25,398 nt of DNA from a candidate division WOR-3 bacterium (GCA_039802265.1 JBDRWI010000034.1:1-25398), one strand, 5' to 3'. Shown: positions 1 to 7,681, counted from the stretch's first letter. The notes: generated by a model not told the origin, from the letters alone. Numbers and translations are program-made.

Positions 1-924
1 CCCCTTGACCTTGAGGATATCTGGGATTTTGGCAGACATCTTGGGTCAAACGGAATTAAGATTGAAGGCTATATTAAAGATTTTAACCTCTCTTATATCT
101 TTATTCCGCGATTCACACCGGCATTATTACCGCAGAATGCATTATACACAAATTATTCTAATATCACACTTCCACCGGGTATCAATCCTGCACAAATTAC
201 TAACTCAATTTCTATGCCCGATTACAATATAAAGAATTCAATACAAGGATTGCGGGTAAAAAAGAATCTCTTTAACTTTGACTTCTCAATGAGTTATGTC
301 TATGGAAGAGATGGCATTCCAATCTTAAAAAATACCACAATTATCCCAGTGGATATGCTCGGTAATGTTGTTATTTACAACGAACTTGCTTTTCCCAAAG
401 TGCAGATATTCGGCATGGATTTTGCCGGTGCAATTGGTGATATTGGAATATGGGGAGAAGGTGCATTATTCTTGCCCGAAAGTGCTCATTATGCGATTGA
501 CTTATCACAATTAGGAATGGGTGTGATTGATTCCCTGATTCTTGATAAAAAACCATATGTAAAATTTGTGCTTGGTAGTGATTACACCTTCAAAAATGGA
601 ATTTATATCAATCTCCAGTATGTTCACGGATTTTTCCAGGAACGCAGTAAGGAAATTGAGGATTATATACTACTCGGTTTAGAATGGAAATTATTTGAAG
701 ATAAATTGAAACTGATGCCGCTGGCTGGTGGCTTTGAGATTAAAGATTTTTCTGATTTCAAAAACAACTATGCCGTTATTTATGCTCCAGAGGTTTCTTT
801 TAAGTTTGTAGAGAATTGCGAACTCACACTTGGTGTGCGTGTGCTTGATGGAAATGAGAAGACAAACTTTGGTAAATTAAGGGATAATGATGAATTTGTT
901 TTAAAGGCAAAATACAGTTTTTAA
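1..924 (+). CDS. Outer-membrane beta-barrel protein (DUF1302-like porin), 5'-truncated by the window edge
   Basis: Frame 1 is open from base 1 (PLDLEDIWDFGRHLGSNGIKIEG...) into the listed 214..924 ORF. It has alternating amphipathic strands with aromatic residues and ends ...VLKAKYSF, a C-terminal Phe BAM-type signal. Confidence 0.75.
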   Translation, partial: PLDLEDIWDFGRHLGSNGIKIEGYIKDFNLSYIFIPRFTPALLPQNALYTNYSNITLPPGINPAQITNSISMPDYNIKNSIQGLRVKKNLFNFDFSMSYVYGRDGIPILKNTTIIPVDMLGNVVIYNELAFPKVQIFGMDFAGAIGDIGIWGEGALFLPESAHYAIDLSQLGMGVIDSLILDKKPYVKFVLGSDYTFKNGIYINLQYVHGFFQERSKEIEDYILLGLEWKLFEDKLKLMPLAGGFEIKDFSDFKNNYAVIYAPEVSFKFVENCELTLGVRVLDGNEKTNFGKLRDNDEFVLKAKYSF

Positions 925-1152
925 AATACGCAGCTATCGGGGAGAATCCTTCACTCTTTTAGAATCGAGAAAGGAGTTGAGGACTTCAGACGAATCCCTT
1001 ATGTAATAGATAGTTTTGTCAAGAAAAAAGCGAACGGAGATTTAACCACATCTGCGTCAATTCTAACTAAATTGGCAATGAAACTGTTTTAGGGCCAGTT
1101 TTTATAAATGTAAATATAACGTCAGAAAGATGGAGGCCATTGAACCGCATCC

Positions 1153-1180
1153 TTGACATTGATTAAAAATTGGATAAAAT
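1153..1180 (+). promoter_or_regulatory. Sigma70-type promoter TTGACA-N16-TAAAAT, probably giving a leaderless transcript
   Basis: TTGACA at 1153-1158 and TAAAAT at 1175-1180. The ATG at 1187 is 6 nt downstream and has no SD. Confidence 0.7.
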
Positions 1181-1186
1181 TATTAG

Positions 1187-2266
1187 ATGATTTTTATTGT
1201 GCTCTGGGCAGTGGCACCGATTGAAATTGATGCCTTTGATACCCCGAATGATGATGGGTCAAGTATTACAATTGTATGGCGGGGCGATACAGTATTTAAT
1301 AAATTTGAGGTCTTAAGGGGAACTGAGTTTTCAGGAAAATTTGATACGATTTACACAGCGGATGGCTCAGAGAGCTGTTTTCGGGATGCTGAGGTGAATT
1401 CCAAAATCGGTTATTTTTATCGGGTAATAGGTTATTCAGACTCGGTAATCGTAGAATCACAAATCACAGGTCCGGTAAGGGCAGAGGTCCAGTTTTTTAA
1501 TTTCGGGCGCCTGCCCATTCTCATCTGTATTACAGTTTTATTTCTGGCAATAATTTTCTATATCAACTATGCACGCACCGGAAAAAAGCTCTTTGTGCGC
1601 AAGATTCCAGCCCTTACTGCAATAGAGGAGGCAATTGGTAGGGCAACCGAGATGGGAAAACCAGTTTTATATGTGCCGGGTATAATGGATATTGATGACC
1701 CACAGACCATTGCCTCTATGAGCATCTTATCAAGGGTTGCCGAGAAGACTGCCGAATATGGAACGCCCCTTTATGTTCCTACGAGTCGTTCAATGGCAAT
1801 GGCGATGGCGCAGCAGGTGGTTAAGGAGTCAGCAACCCGGGTAGGCCGTCCTGACTGGTTTAATCCTGACAACATCAGATATATCACCGACGATCAATTT
1901 GCTTATGTTTCCGCAGTTGATGGTATTATGGTGCGTGAGAGGCCGGCAACAAACTTATATCTCGGTACATTTTATGCGGAGTCATTGATCCTCGCCGAAA
2001 CCGGGCATTCCACCGGGGCGGTTCAGATTGCCGGGACCGCGATGCCTGACCAGCTTCCCTTCTTTGTCGCGGCCTGCGACTATACGCTTCTTGGTGAGGA
2101 ATTATATGCAGCAAGTGCCTATCTCTCTCAGGAACCAGTGCAGCTGGGTTCACTGAAGGGGCAGGACCTGGGTAAATTGATATTTATTGGAATAATAATT
2201 ATTGGTGTTTTGAGCCGGGTCTTTAACTGGGAGTTTTTTGTTAACCTTTTTAACACAATAGAATGA
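1187..2266 (+). CDS. Membrane protein with N-terminal FN3-like domain and C-terminal DUF6754-type domain (module subunit A)
   Basis: Beta-rich N-terminus (DTPNDDGSSITIVW ... YFYRVIG), then a TM helix, then RKIPALTAIEEAIGRATEMGKPV ... GEELYAASAYLS ... GQD and a C-terminal TM. I recognise this as DUF6754-type from memory. Confidence 0.75.
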   Translation: MIFIVLWAVAPIEIDAFDTPNDDGSSITIVWRGDTVFNKFEVLRGTEFSGKFDTIYTADGSESCFRDAEVNSKIGYFYRVIGYSDSVIVESQITGPVRAEVQFFNFGRLPILICITVLFLAIIFYINYARTGKKLFVRKIPALTAIEEAIGRATEMGKPVLYVPGIMDIDDPQTIASMSILSRVAEKTAEYGTPLYVPTSRSMAMAMAQQVVKESATRVGRPDWFNPDNIRYITDDQFAYVSAVDGIMVRERPATNLYLGTFYAESLILAETGHSTGAVQIAGTAMPDQLPFFVAACDYTLLGEELYAASAYLSQEPVQLGSLKGQDLGKLIFIGIIIIGVLSRVFNWEFFVNLFNTIE

Positions 2267-2889
2267 AGACAGTCATACCTCTAATAATCGTATTCTGCTG
2301 CGGATTCTATATGTTGATTACATTCTTTATTCCCGCAAAATTCGCCCAGGATAGTGCTCAATTGCTTCAATTGTGGTATCAGGGGGTAATAGCATTTTTT
2401 GTGTTCATTGGGATCTTTAATGTAGTAAAAATCAATGTTGATAAAATTCAGCGAAGATTGAAAGACTGGCAATACAGTATCATACTTTTATCCTTTCTCG
2501 GAATTATGCTCGGGGCAGGATTTATCGGGGGCAGGGATTCGGGAATATTTTTATATCTCTTTGAAAATTTTCAAATTCCCCTTGGCGCCACAATGTTTTC
2601 TTTACTTGCATTCTTTGTTGCCTCTGCATCATTCCGTGCATTTCGGGCAAAGACGCCCGAGGCAACACTCCTTTTGATTGCTGCGGTTATTGTGATGATA
2701 GGTCGAATTCCACTCGGTTATTTGATATGGCATAGATTCCCAGACCTGGTAGAATGGATTATGCAGGTACCCAATACTGCTGCAAAGAGAGGAATATTAT
2801 TTGGCATTGACCTTGGTTTGATTTCAATGGCATTGCGTGTGTTGTTAGGTATCGAAAGGAGCTATATGGGAGGCGGCGGTGAGAAATAG
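2263..2889 (+). CDS. Uncharacterised polytopic (~6 TM) membrane protein (module subunit B)
   Basis: ATGA overlap with the upstream stop. Hydrophobic helices, with motifs SASFRAFRAKTPEATLLL and AKRGILFG. Confidence 0.85.
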   Translation: MKTVIPLIIVFCCGFYMLITFFIPAKFAQDSAQLLQLWYQGVIAFFVFIGIFNVVKINVDKIQRRLKDWQYSIILLSFLGIMLGAGFIGGRDSGIFLYLFENFQIPLGATMFSLLAFFVASASFRAFRAKTPEATLLLIAAVIVMIGRIPLGYLIWHRFPDLVEWIMQVPNTAAKRGILFGIDLGLISMALRVLLGIERSYMGGGGEK

Positions 2890-2930
2890 AAATTTGAAAA
2901 ACGAAATTCGAAGTTCTAAATTTCAATATG
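2889..2930. repeat. Degenerate 7-nt tandem repeat in spacer
   Basis: GAAATTT GAAAAAC GAAATTC GAAGTTC TAAATTT CAATATG. Confidence 0.55.
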
Positions 2931-3005
2931 GGAACAAATGCGATAAGAATTCATGGAAGGGCGGTGTGAAATGGGTTTATGGAGGAAGAGTAGTTGAATG
3001 TCCTA

Positions 3006-3077
3006 CGGTTGCGAAATGCGTTTCGTTGAAAGTTAGTTGTAATTCGTTAAGCGAAGCCGTTTCGCTTTTCGCAACCG
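3006..3077. repeat. Intergenic inverted repeat / stem-loop
   Basis: CGGTTGCGAAA (3006-3016) is the exact reverse complement of TTTCGCAACCG (3067-3077). Internal sub-hairpins are also present. Confidence 0.7.
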
Positions 3078-3110
3078 ATAGACGTCAGACGAATTTACGG
3101 ATGGCATTTT

Positions 3111-3932
3111 ATGAAAATATTTGACCAACTCGCTCATCTCGACCGTCGAATTATATTTCTGCTCGTGGCACTGGCGGTTATTATCCCAATGATTGTGCCC
3201 TTGAATCTGCCCGTTGACATTACCCGACCGGTGAAAAATATCTATGATAAGATTGAATCACTCCCTGAAGGCAGTATCGTCCTTTTATCAACCGATTACG
3301 ACCCGGGTAGTGAGGCCGAGTTATATCCCGCGACTGAGGCATTTATTGAGCACTGTTTCAGAAAGAATTTAAGGATATATATGATGGGTCTGTGGCCAGC
3401 CGGGACTGAACTGGGCAATATCGCACTAAATAAGATTGCTGCTCAATACAATAAAAAATACGGTGTGGATTTTATAAATGTGGGTTATCGTCCAGGCGGT
3501 CCGGTGATGCTATTAAGTCTGGGACGTAACTTTGGTGATGTCGTAAAAGTCGATTATCAGGGGATTCCCATAGATTCTTTTCCTTTGGGCAGGGTGGTGA
3601 AGAAGGCAAGGGATATCAGTCTGGTAATGTCCTTTTCTGCCGGTGATCCGGGGATTCTCCACTGGATAACGTATTTCCGTGCCCGGTATGGTATTCCCAT
3701 TTGTGGCTCTACTACCGCAATAATGGCACCCCAGCAATATCCTTATTTGAGTTCGGGGCAGCTGGTAGGACTTCTTGGTGGGCTCAAAGGTGCTGCCGAG
3801 TATGAAACACTGGTCAATAGAAAGGGCAGGGGGTTACAGGGAATGGATTCACAATCCATTGTTCATCTTCTAATTGTGGGTTTTATAGCCTTGGGGAATT
3901 TAATATTAATCTATCAGAGGAAGGGAAGATGA
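3111..3932 (+). CDS. Uncharacterised membrane-anchored alpha/beta-domain protein (module subunit C)
   Basis: N-terminal TM after LDRR, a soluble alpha/beta domain, the motif GQLVGLLGGLKGAAEYE, and a C-terminal TM. A clear paralogue lies at 25023..25398 (-). Confidence 0.85.
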   Translation: MKIFDQLAHLDRRIIFLLVALAVIIPMIVPLNLPVDITRPVKNIYDKIESLPEGSIVLLSTDYDPGSEAELYPATEAFIEHCFRKNLRIYMMGLWPAGTELGNIALNKIAAQYNKKYGVDFINVGYRPGGPVMLLSLGRNFGDVVKVDYQGIPIDSFPLGRVVKKARDISLVMSFSAGDPGILHWITYFRARYGIPICGSTTAIMAPQQYPYLSSGQLVGLLGGLKGAAEYETLVNRKGRGLQGMDSQSIVHLLIVGFIALGNLILIYQRKGR

Positions 3933-4546
3933 TGAATACTGTCGGCATATGGATTGCGGCGCTTTTGACCCTGGCGATATATTCATTTTTATATAAAGAT
4001 AACCCAGTTTATAAAATTGCAGAAAACATCTTTGTTGGTGTGTCAGCGGGGTACTGGGCGGTCGTTTTGTGGTATGATTATGCCTGGCCCAATCTCTTTG
4101 AGCCATTATTCTATCGGGGGCAATGGTATAATATCCTTCCGGTCTTCATCGGTCTTATGATGTTTGCCCCTTTCATTCCAAAGATTGGCTGGATGGTGCG
4201 CATTCCTCTGACATTTACCATGGGTGTGGCGATGGCGGTTTCAATTACCCAGATTGTTCAGGGTGACATATTTCCACAATTACAAGCGACTTTCCTGCCG
4301 CTCGCCAATGTTCCACTTTTTAGTGCGGTTTCTCATATCTTAATCATTGCCGGTGTGATATTCACCCTCGTCTATTTCTATTTCTCCAAAGAGCATCGCG
4401 GTCCTTTAGGTATTGGCGCAAGAATAGGTATTTGGTTTATGATGGTCTCGTTCGGGGCCTCTTTTGGATACACAATTATGGCAAGGGTGTCTTTATTTAT
4501 TGGACGGGTCTATTTTCTGCTTCACCACTGGCTTGGGATAATATGA
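3929..4546 (+). CDS. Uncharacterised polytopic (~6 TM) membrane protein (module subunit D)
   Basis: ATGA coupling to the upstream gene. Motifs SFLYKDNPVY, FVGVSAGY, FSKEH and FGASFGYTIMAR are shared with the paralogue at 24413..25033 (-). Confidence 0.85.
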   Translation: MMNTVGIWIAALLTLAIYSFLYKDNPVYKIAENIFVGVSAGYWAVVLWYDYAWPNLFEPLFYRGQWYNILPVFIGLMMFAPFIPKIGWMVRIPLTFTMGVAMAVSITQIVQGDIFPQLQATFLPLANVPLFSAVSHILIIAGVIFTLVYFYFSKEHRGPLGIGARIGIWFMMVSFGASFGYTIMARVSLFIGRVYFLLHHWLGII

Positions 4547-4617
4547 GGCTAAATTCTAAATCAGAAATTGGATTCCGATATACAAATATCAGATTTGCCA
4601 ATCACTGGCGAGGTTAG

Positions 4618-5451
4618 ATGGTTGGTTTTGAAATAGATTTAAAGGAATTTAACCTGACCGATGTGCTGCAGTTCCTGGCACAACTGAAGAAGACCGGATT
4701 GGTTCGGGTTTTGGGAGAGGTGTCAGGCGAGATATATATTAAAGACGGGGTTGTTGTCCATGCCACCGATGGAACTGAAAAAGGTATGGAGGCATTGCTT
4801 AACCTTTTCTTTGCCGCGCTCAACAAGGCAGTTTTTGAACCAAATCTTCATTGCGGTGAGCAGACAATTACTGAAGAAGCGGGTAGACTTTACCAGACGA
4901 TTGAGAAGAGGAGGATGGAGTTCAACGAGATAAAGGAGAAACTCCCACCCCGCGATACGGTCCTTGCCAAGTCCACACGGGATTTGGAATCAGCAGTTGC
5001 CCTGCGCAGAACCGACTGGCAGATACTTGCATTGATTGATGGCAAAAGAACGCTAAATGAGGTGATTGTCCAGTCAAAACTTGGTGGTTATGAGGCAATA
5101 AAGACGATCATCTGGCTAAAAGAGCAGGGACTTATTTATGACCCAAAAGAGGCGGAAAGAGTTATGTCCGTTTTAACGAACTATTTAAAAAATCTTTTGC
5201 GAGTATTTGGTAAACATACCATAAATTGGTTGAAGAGGTGGTCGGAATTGGCTCCGCAAAATAAGGAGTTTGCAGCGAATATAACAATACACGAGGAAGA
5301 TATGGAAATTGAATATGGCCATCCGGTTAGTAAAGAATCAATTCACCAGTTTATTGAGAAATTTAACGAATTTATAAATGAAGAAGGTCCCCAGCTCTAT
5401 GGTAAACTATTATTTAAGAAGAAACTTGAAGAGATAGAAAAAGGAGTTTAG
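4618..5451 (+). CDS. DUF4388 (PATAN-like) domain protein with HTH-like middle region
   Basis: The N-terminus DLKEFNLTDVLQFLAQLKKTGLVRV...GEIYIKDGVVVHA is typical of DUF4388. The segment DWQILALIDGKRTLNEV...LKEQGLI is winged-helix-like. Confidence 0.8.
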   Translation: MVGFEIDLKEFNLTDVLQFLAQLKKTGLVRVLGEVSGEIYIKDGVVVHATDGTEKGMEALLNLFFAALNKAVFEPNLHCGEQTITEEAGRLYQTIEKRRMEFNEIKEKLPPRDTVLAKSTRDLESAVALRRTDWQILALIDGKRTLNEVIVQSKLGGYEAIKTIIWLKEQGLIYDPKEAERVMSVLTNYLKNLLRVFGKHTINWLKRWSELAPQNKEFAANITIHEEDMEIEYGHPVSKESIHQFIEKFNEFINEEGPQLYGKLLFKKKLEEIEKGV

Positions 5452-5474
5452 GTCAAAGAAAAAAGGGAATAGCG

Positions 5475-6161
5475 ATGGAATTACTCGATAAAATTCCCGG
5501 GATTATTGGTTATGCGGTGATTAATGCCGAAGATGGAAGGATTGAAGAGGTAAAGGGTTCGTCAACATCGCCGCTGGGCGACCTTTCGGCATTCTTTTCA
5601 TCGGCCGGCGAGGTAATAAAAAATGCCCTTGGCCTCGGCGAGATTGATTATCTCTCTTTATGTTATGGGGCACACCGCTTGATTATCTTTTTGAATGATA
5701 ATAAATACTTAGGTATTGAAGTAGAACGAGAGCAGAAACCAGAGGTTTTTATTGAGAAGATAAAATCGGAGATTAAACCGGTAGAGGTAACCAAGCCAGT
5801 CGTTGAAGAGATTAAACCACCACCATCCCCAGCAATTGAATTGCCCCGCAGTATCAGTTCCAAACTCCTGCAGATTAACTTTCTGATTGATGAATTTGGT
5901 GCGGAAGGAAAAAAGGCACACTGGATTGACATTTTAAACCAGGGGCTGGGGATACTCGGTGGAGACCTGCTGCCGGTTGCCGGGATAGTTGAAGGGAAAT
6001 TGTCATTCAAGGAGCAGGTGCCGCCGGAAAAAGAGGACGAATTTGTCCAGATCTTGCGCACAATCATTGACTTTCTGGTAAAGAAGGCAGTTGAGGAATT
6101 TGGTTCTTCCCAGGCAAGGATAAAGGTTCAGAGCGTAATTGAGAAGATGAAACAGGTGTAA
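5475..6161 (+). CDS. Roadblock/LC7 (MglB-like) domain protein with Pro-rich linker and helical C-terminal domain
   Basis: LDKIPGIIGYAVINAEDGRI...LSAFFSSAGEVIKNALGLGEIDYLSL...LIIF...YLGIEV fits the Roadblock alpha-beta-beta-alpha-beta-beta-beta pattern. The linker is KPPPSP. Confidence 0.65.
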   Translation: MELLDKIPGIIGYAVINAEDGRIEEVKGSSTSPLGDLSAFFSSAGEVIKNALGLGEIDYLSLCYGAHRLIIFLNDNKYLGIEVEREQKPEVFIEKIKSEIKPVEVTKPVVEEIKPPPSPAIELPRSISSKLLQINFLIDEFGAEGKKAHWIDILNQGLGILGGDLLPVAGIVEGKLSFKEQVPPEKEDEFVQILRTIIDFLVKKAVEEFGSSQARIKVQSVIEKMKQV

Positions 6162-6167
6162 TATGGG

Positions 6168-6206
6168 CAGGATATTAGAAAATCAGGATATCAAGGGATA
6201 GGATAT
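6168..6206. repeat. Degenerate 8-nt tandem repeat in spacer
   Basis: CAGGATAT TAGAAAAT CAGGATAT CAAGGGA TAGGATAT. Confidence 0.5.
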
Positions 6207-6792
6207 GAATCAAGAGATTCTGGATAAATTTGAAGAAAGGGGTTTAAAGATTGTATTCAATGTAAGTAAGGATGGAGAAGCGATTGTTTCAAAAAGCGGC
6301 GTCGGGTTAAAATCAAAGATTTCTCAGACCGGAGTGGTTATATTTGAGACGATAAATGCAATAGGTGGGGTAAAGATTGATACCATAGAGGTTATTGGTG
6401 CAAACAGAGGACTTTTATTAGAAATTGGCGAGGATAATTTGATCGGAACACTATTTGAGCGAACGGAGACACCGACTTTTGAAAATTTATGGAGTTTATT
6501 GCGGGAAATCAAAGAAGAACGGGCAGTAGGGGTTAAGCCTGAGGAAAAACCGCGGGTAATGCTACCGCCGGATATCCTGGATGAATTCAAAAAGGTATTG
6601 AAGGAATATCTTGGTGATTTTGCAGACCGTATTTATCAGAATCAGATAAAGGCCCAGCGGATCAACATAGAAGAGGTCTATGAGGAGGATGCCCGGCGCC
6701 TTATCTTTGCCTTGGGTAAGGCAGCGGGGATGATTATTGGACCAACCAAAGGCAAAGAACTAACAAATAAATTGTTGGGAAAATTGAAATGA
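6205..6792 (+). CDS. Hypothetical cytoplasmic protein, probable divergent Roadblock-like N-terminal domain plus helical C-terminal domain
   Basis: IVFNVSKDGEAIV...IDTIEVIGANRGLLL...LIGTLF parallels the preceding protein. C-terminus is helical (LKEYLGDFADRI). Confidence 0.6.
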   Translation: MNQEILDKFEERGLKIVFNVSKDGEAIVSKSGVGLKSKISQTGVVIFETINAIGGVKIDTIEVIGANRGLLLEIGEDNLIGTLFERTETPTFENLWSLLREIKEERAVGVKPEEKPRVMLPPDILDEFKKVLKEYLGDFADRIYQNQIKAQRINIEEVYEEDARRLIFALGKAAGMIIGPTKGKELTNKLLGKLK

Positions 6793-6808
6793 AAACGAAT
6801 GGTTATCG

Positions 6809-6886
6809 GGTTGGGGTTGAGATACGAGATTAGTTAAATGGTAATTGGTTAAATGGTTAAATTTTCCAGGCCTCCCAACCTTAACC
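6809..6886. repeat. Short-period tandem repeats inside an imperfect inverted repeat
   Basis: AGTTAAAT GGTAATT GGTTAAAT GGTTAAAT (6832-6862), flanked by GGTTGGGGTTGAG (6809-6821) and CCCAACCTTAACC (6874-6886), which pair with G-U wobbles and one mismatch. Confidence 0.5.
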
Positions 6887-6913
6887 ACAAACTATCTTTT
6901 AAGAGGAGGTTTT

Positions 6914-7282
6914 ATGGAATTAATTTTAATTTCTGCACCGTTCGGGATAGACCCGGGTCAATATCAGGCGCTGGCAATTATCCCCAATTATCTTTTGGTC
7001 TTGGGCGCAGTTCTACTCTGGCTTGCCTTCTTCTTCTTGGGAATTATTGCCCGAAGGTATGAAATTGTGCTGGGCGAAAAGACAAACTGGCAGTTTATGA
7101 TAATTGCACCGACCGGAATTTTATTCTTTGCGATTATTCAATTGATCTTTTGTGGAATTGGCGGAAAGATGATGCTTCCCAAGGGCGGTATAAACTACCT
7201 TGCCTATGGTCTATTCTTTCTCTCGGGTATCCTTTCGCTCGTTGCCAATCTCAGGTTCTATGGGGTTACGAAGGGGAAATGA
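6914..7282 (+). CDS. Small 3-TM membrane protein (122 aa)
   Basis: AGGAGG RBS at 6904-6909 precedes ATG 6914, in frame with the listed 6845 ORF. Three hydrophobic helices. Confidence 0.8.
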   Translation: MELILISAPFGIDPGQYQALAIIPNYLLVLGAVLLWLAFFFLGIIARRYEIVLGEKTNWQFMIIAPTGILFFAIIQLIFCGIGGKMMLPKGGINYLAYGLFFLSGILSLVANLRFYGVTKGK

Positions 7283-7294
7283 AGGAGGCTTTTT

Positions 7295-7645
7295 ATGAGG
7301 GCTGATATATTTGCCGAATTGATCTTCATCGTGGCCATCGTGTTGGCAATAATCTCTCTCTTCATATACGGGGCAATAATAAAAAGGCTGCTTTCTCTGA
7401 TCGGCGGTAAGGGAATCTGGATATTTCCGGTAATCGGAGGGATTTTCCTTATTGCCATGGCACTCTTGCATCTATACAGGATAGTCTTCTATTTTCCCCT
7501 GTTAGGAACGGCAGGGCCGGGTGACCTTTTTGATTTGATTATTGGCTCATTGAATCTCTCACGCCTGGAAAGTTTCTTGCTTCTCGGTGCTGGGCTCTTT
7601 CCTCTGCTCGGTGGGGTTTTATACTACAGTGCGAGTTCTAAATAA
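7295..7645 (+). CDS. Small 3-TM membrane protein (116 aa)
   Basis: AAGGAGG RBS upstream and three hydrophobic helices. Layout resembles the preceding gene. Confidence 0.8.
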   Translation: MRADIFAELIFIVAIVLAIISLFIYGAIIKRLLSLIGGKGIWIFPVIGGIFLIAMALLHLYRIVFYFPLLGTAGPGDLFDLIIGSLNLSRLESFLLLGAGLFPLLGGVLYYSASSK

Positions 7646-7653
7646 TAATCTGC

Positions 7654-7681
7654 TTGACATTCAGGAGAAAATCGTTATAAT
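7654..7681 (+). promoter_or_regulatory. Sigma70-type promoter TTGACA-N16-TATAAT for the exbBD-tonB operon
   Basis: TTGACA at 7654-7659 and TATAAT at 7676-7681, both perfect consensus. An AAGGAGGT RBS precedes ATG 7712. Confidence 0.8.

Noticed and set aside
5..232. 75-aa ORF in frame 2
   Set aside because: It overlaps the open frame-1 beta-barrel CDS, which continues from the window edge.
1017..1022. TTGACA on the - strand
   Set aside because: No plausible -10 at 16-18 bp spacing and no gene to drive.
2879..3124. 81-aa ORF as a conventional protein gene
   Set aside because: It is built from a 7-nt repeat and a palindrome with no recognisable domain. Kept only as a possible coupling mini-ORF.
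4543..6205. In-frame TAG stops just before the ATGs at 4618 and 6205 (also 1184), suggesting amber read-through or recoding
   Set aside because: TAG terminates several clear genes (2889, 5451, 13825, 17879, 22334), and the extensions would be repeat-derived nonsense.
6845..6913. TTG start extension of the first 3-TM protein
   Set aside because: It lies in the repeat spacer; the AGGAGG RBS supports ATG 6914.
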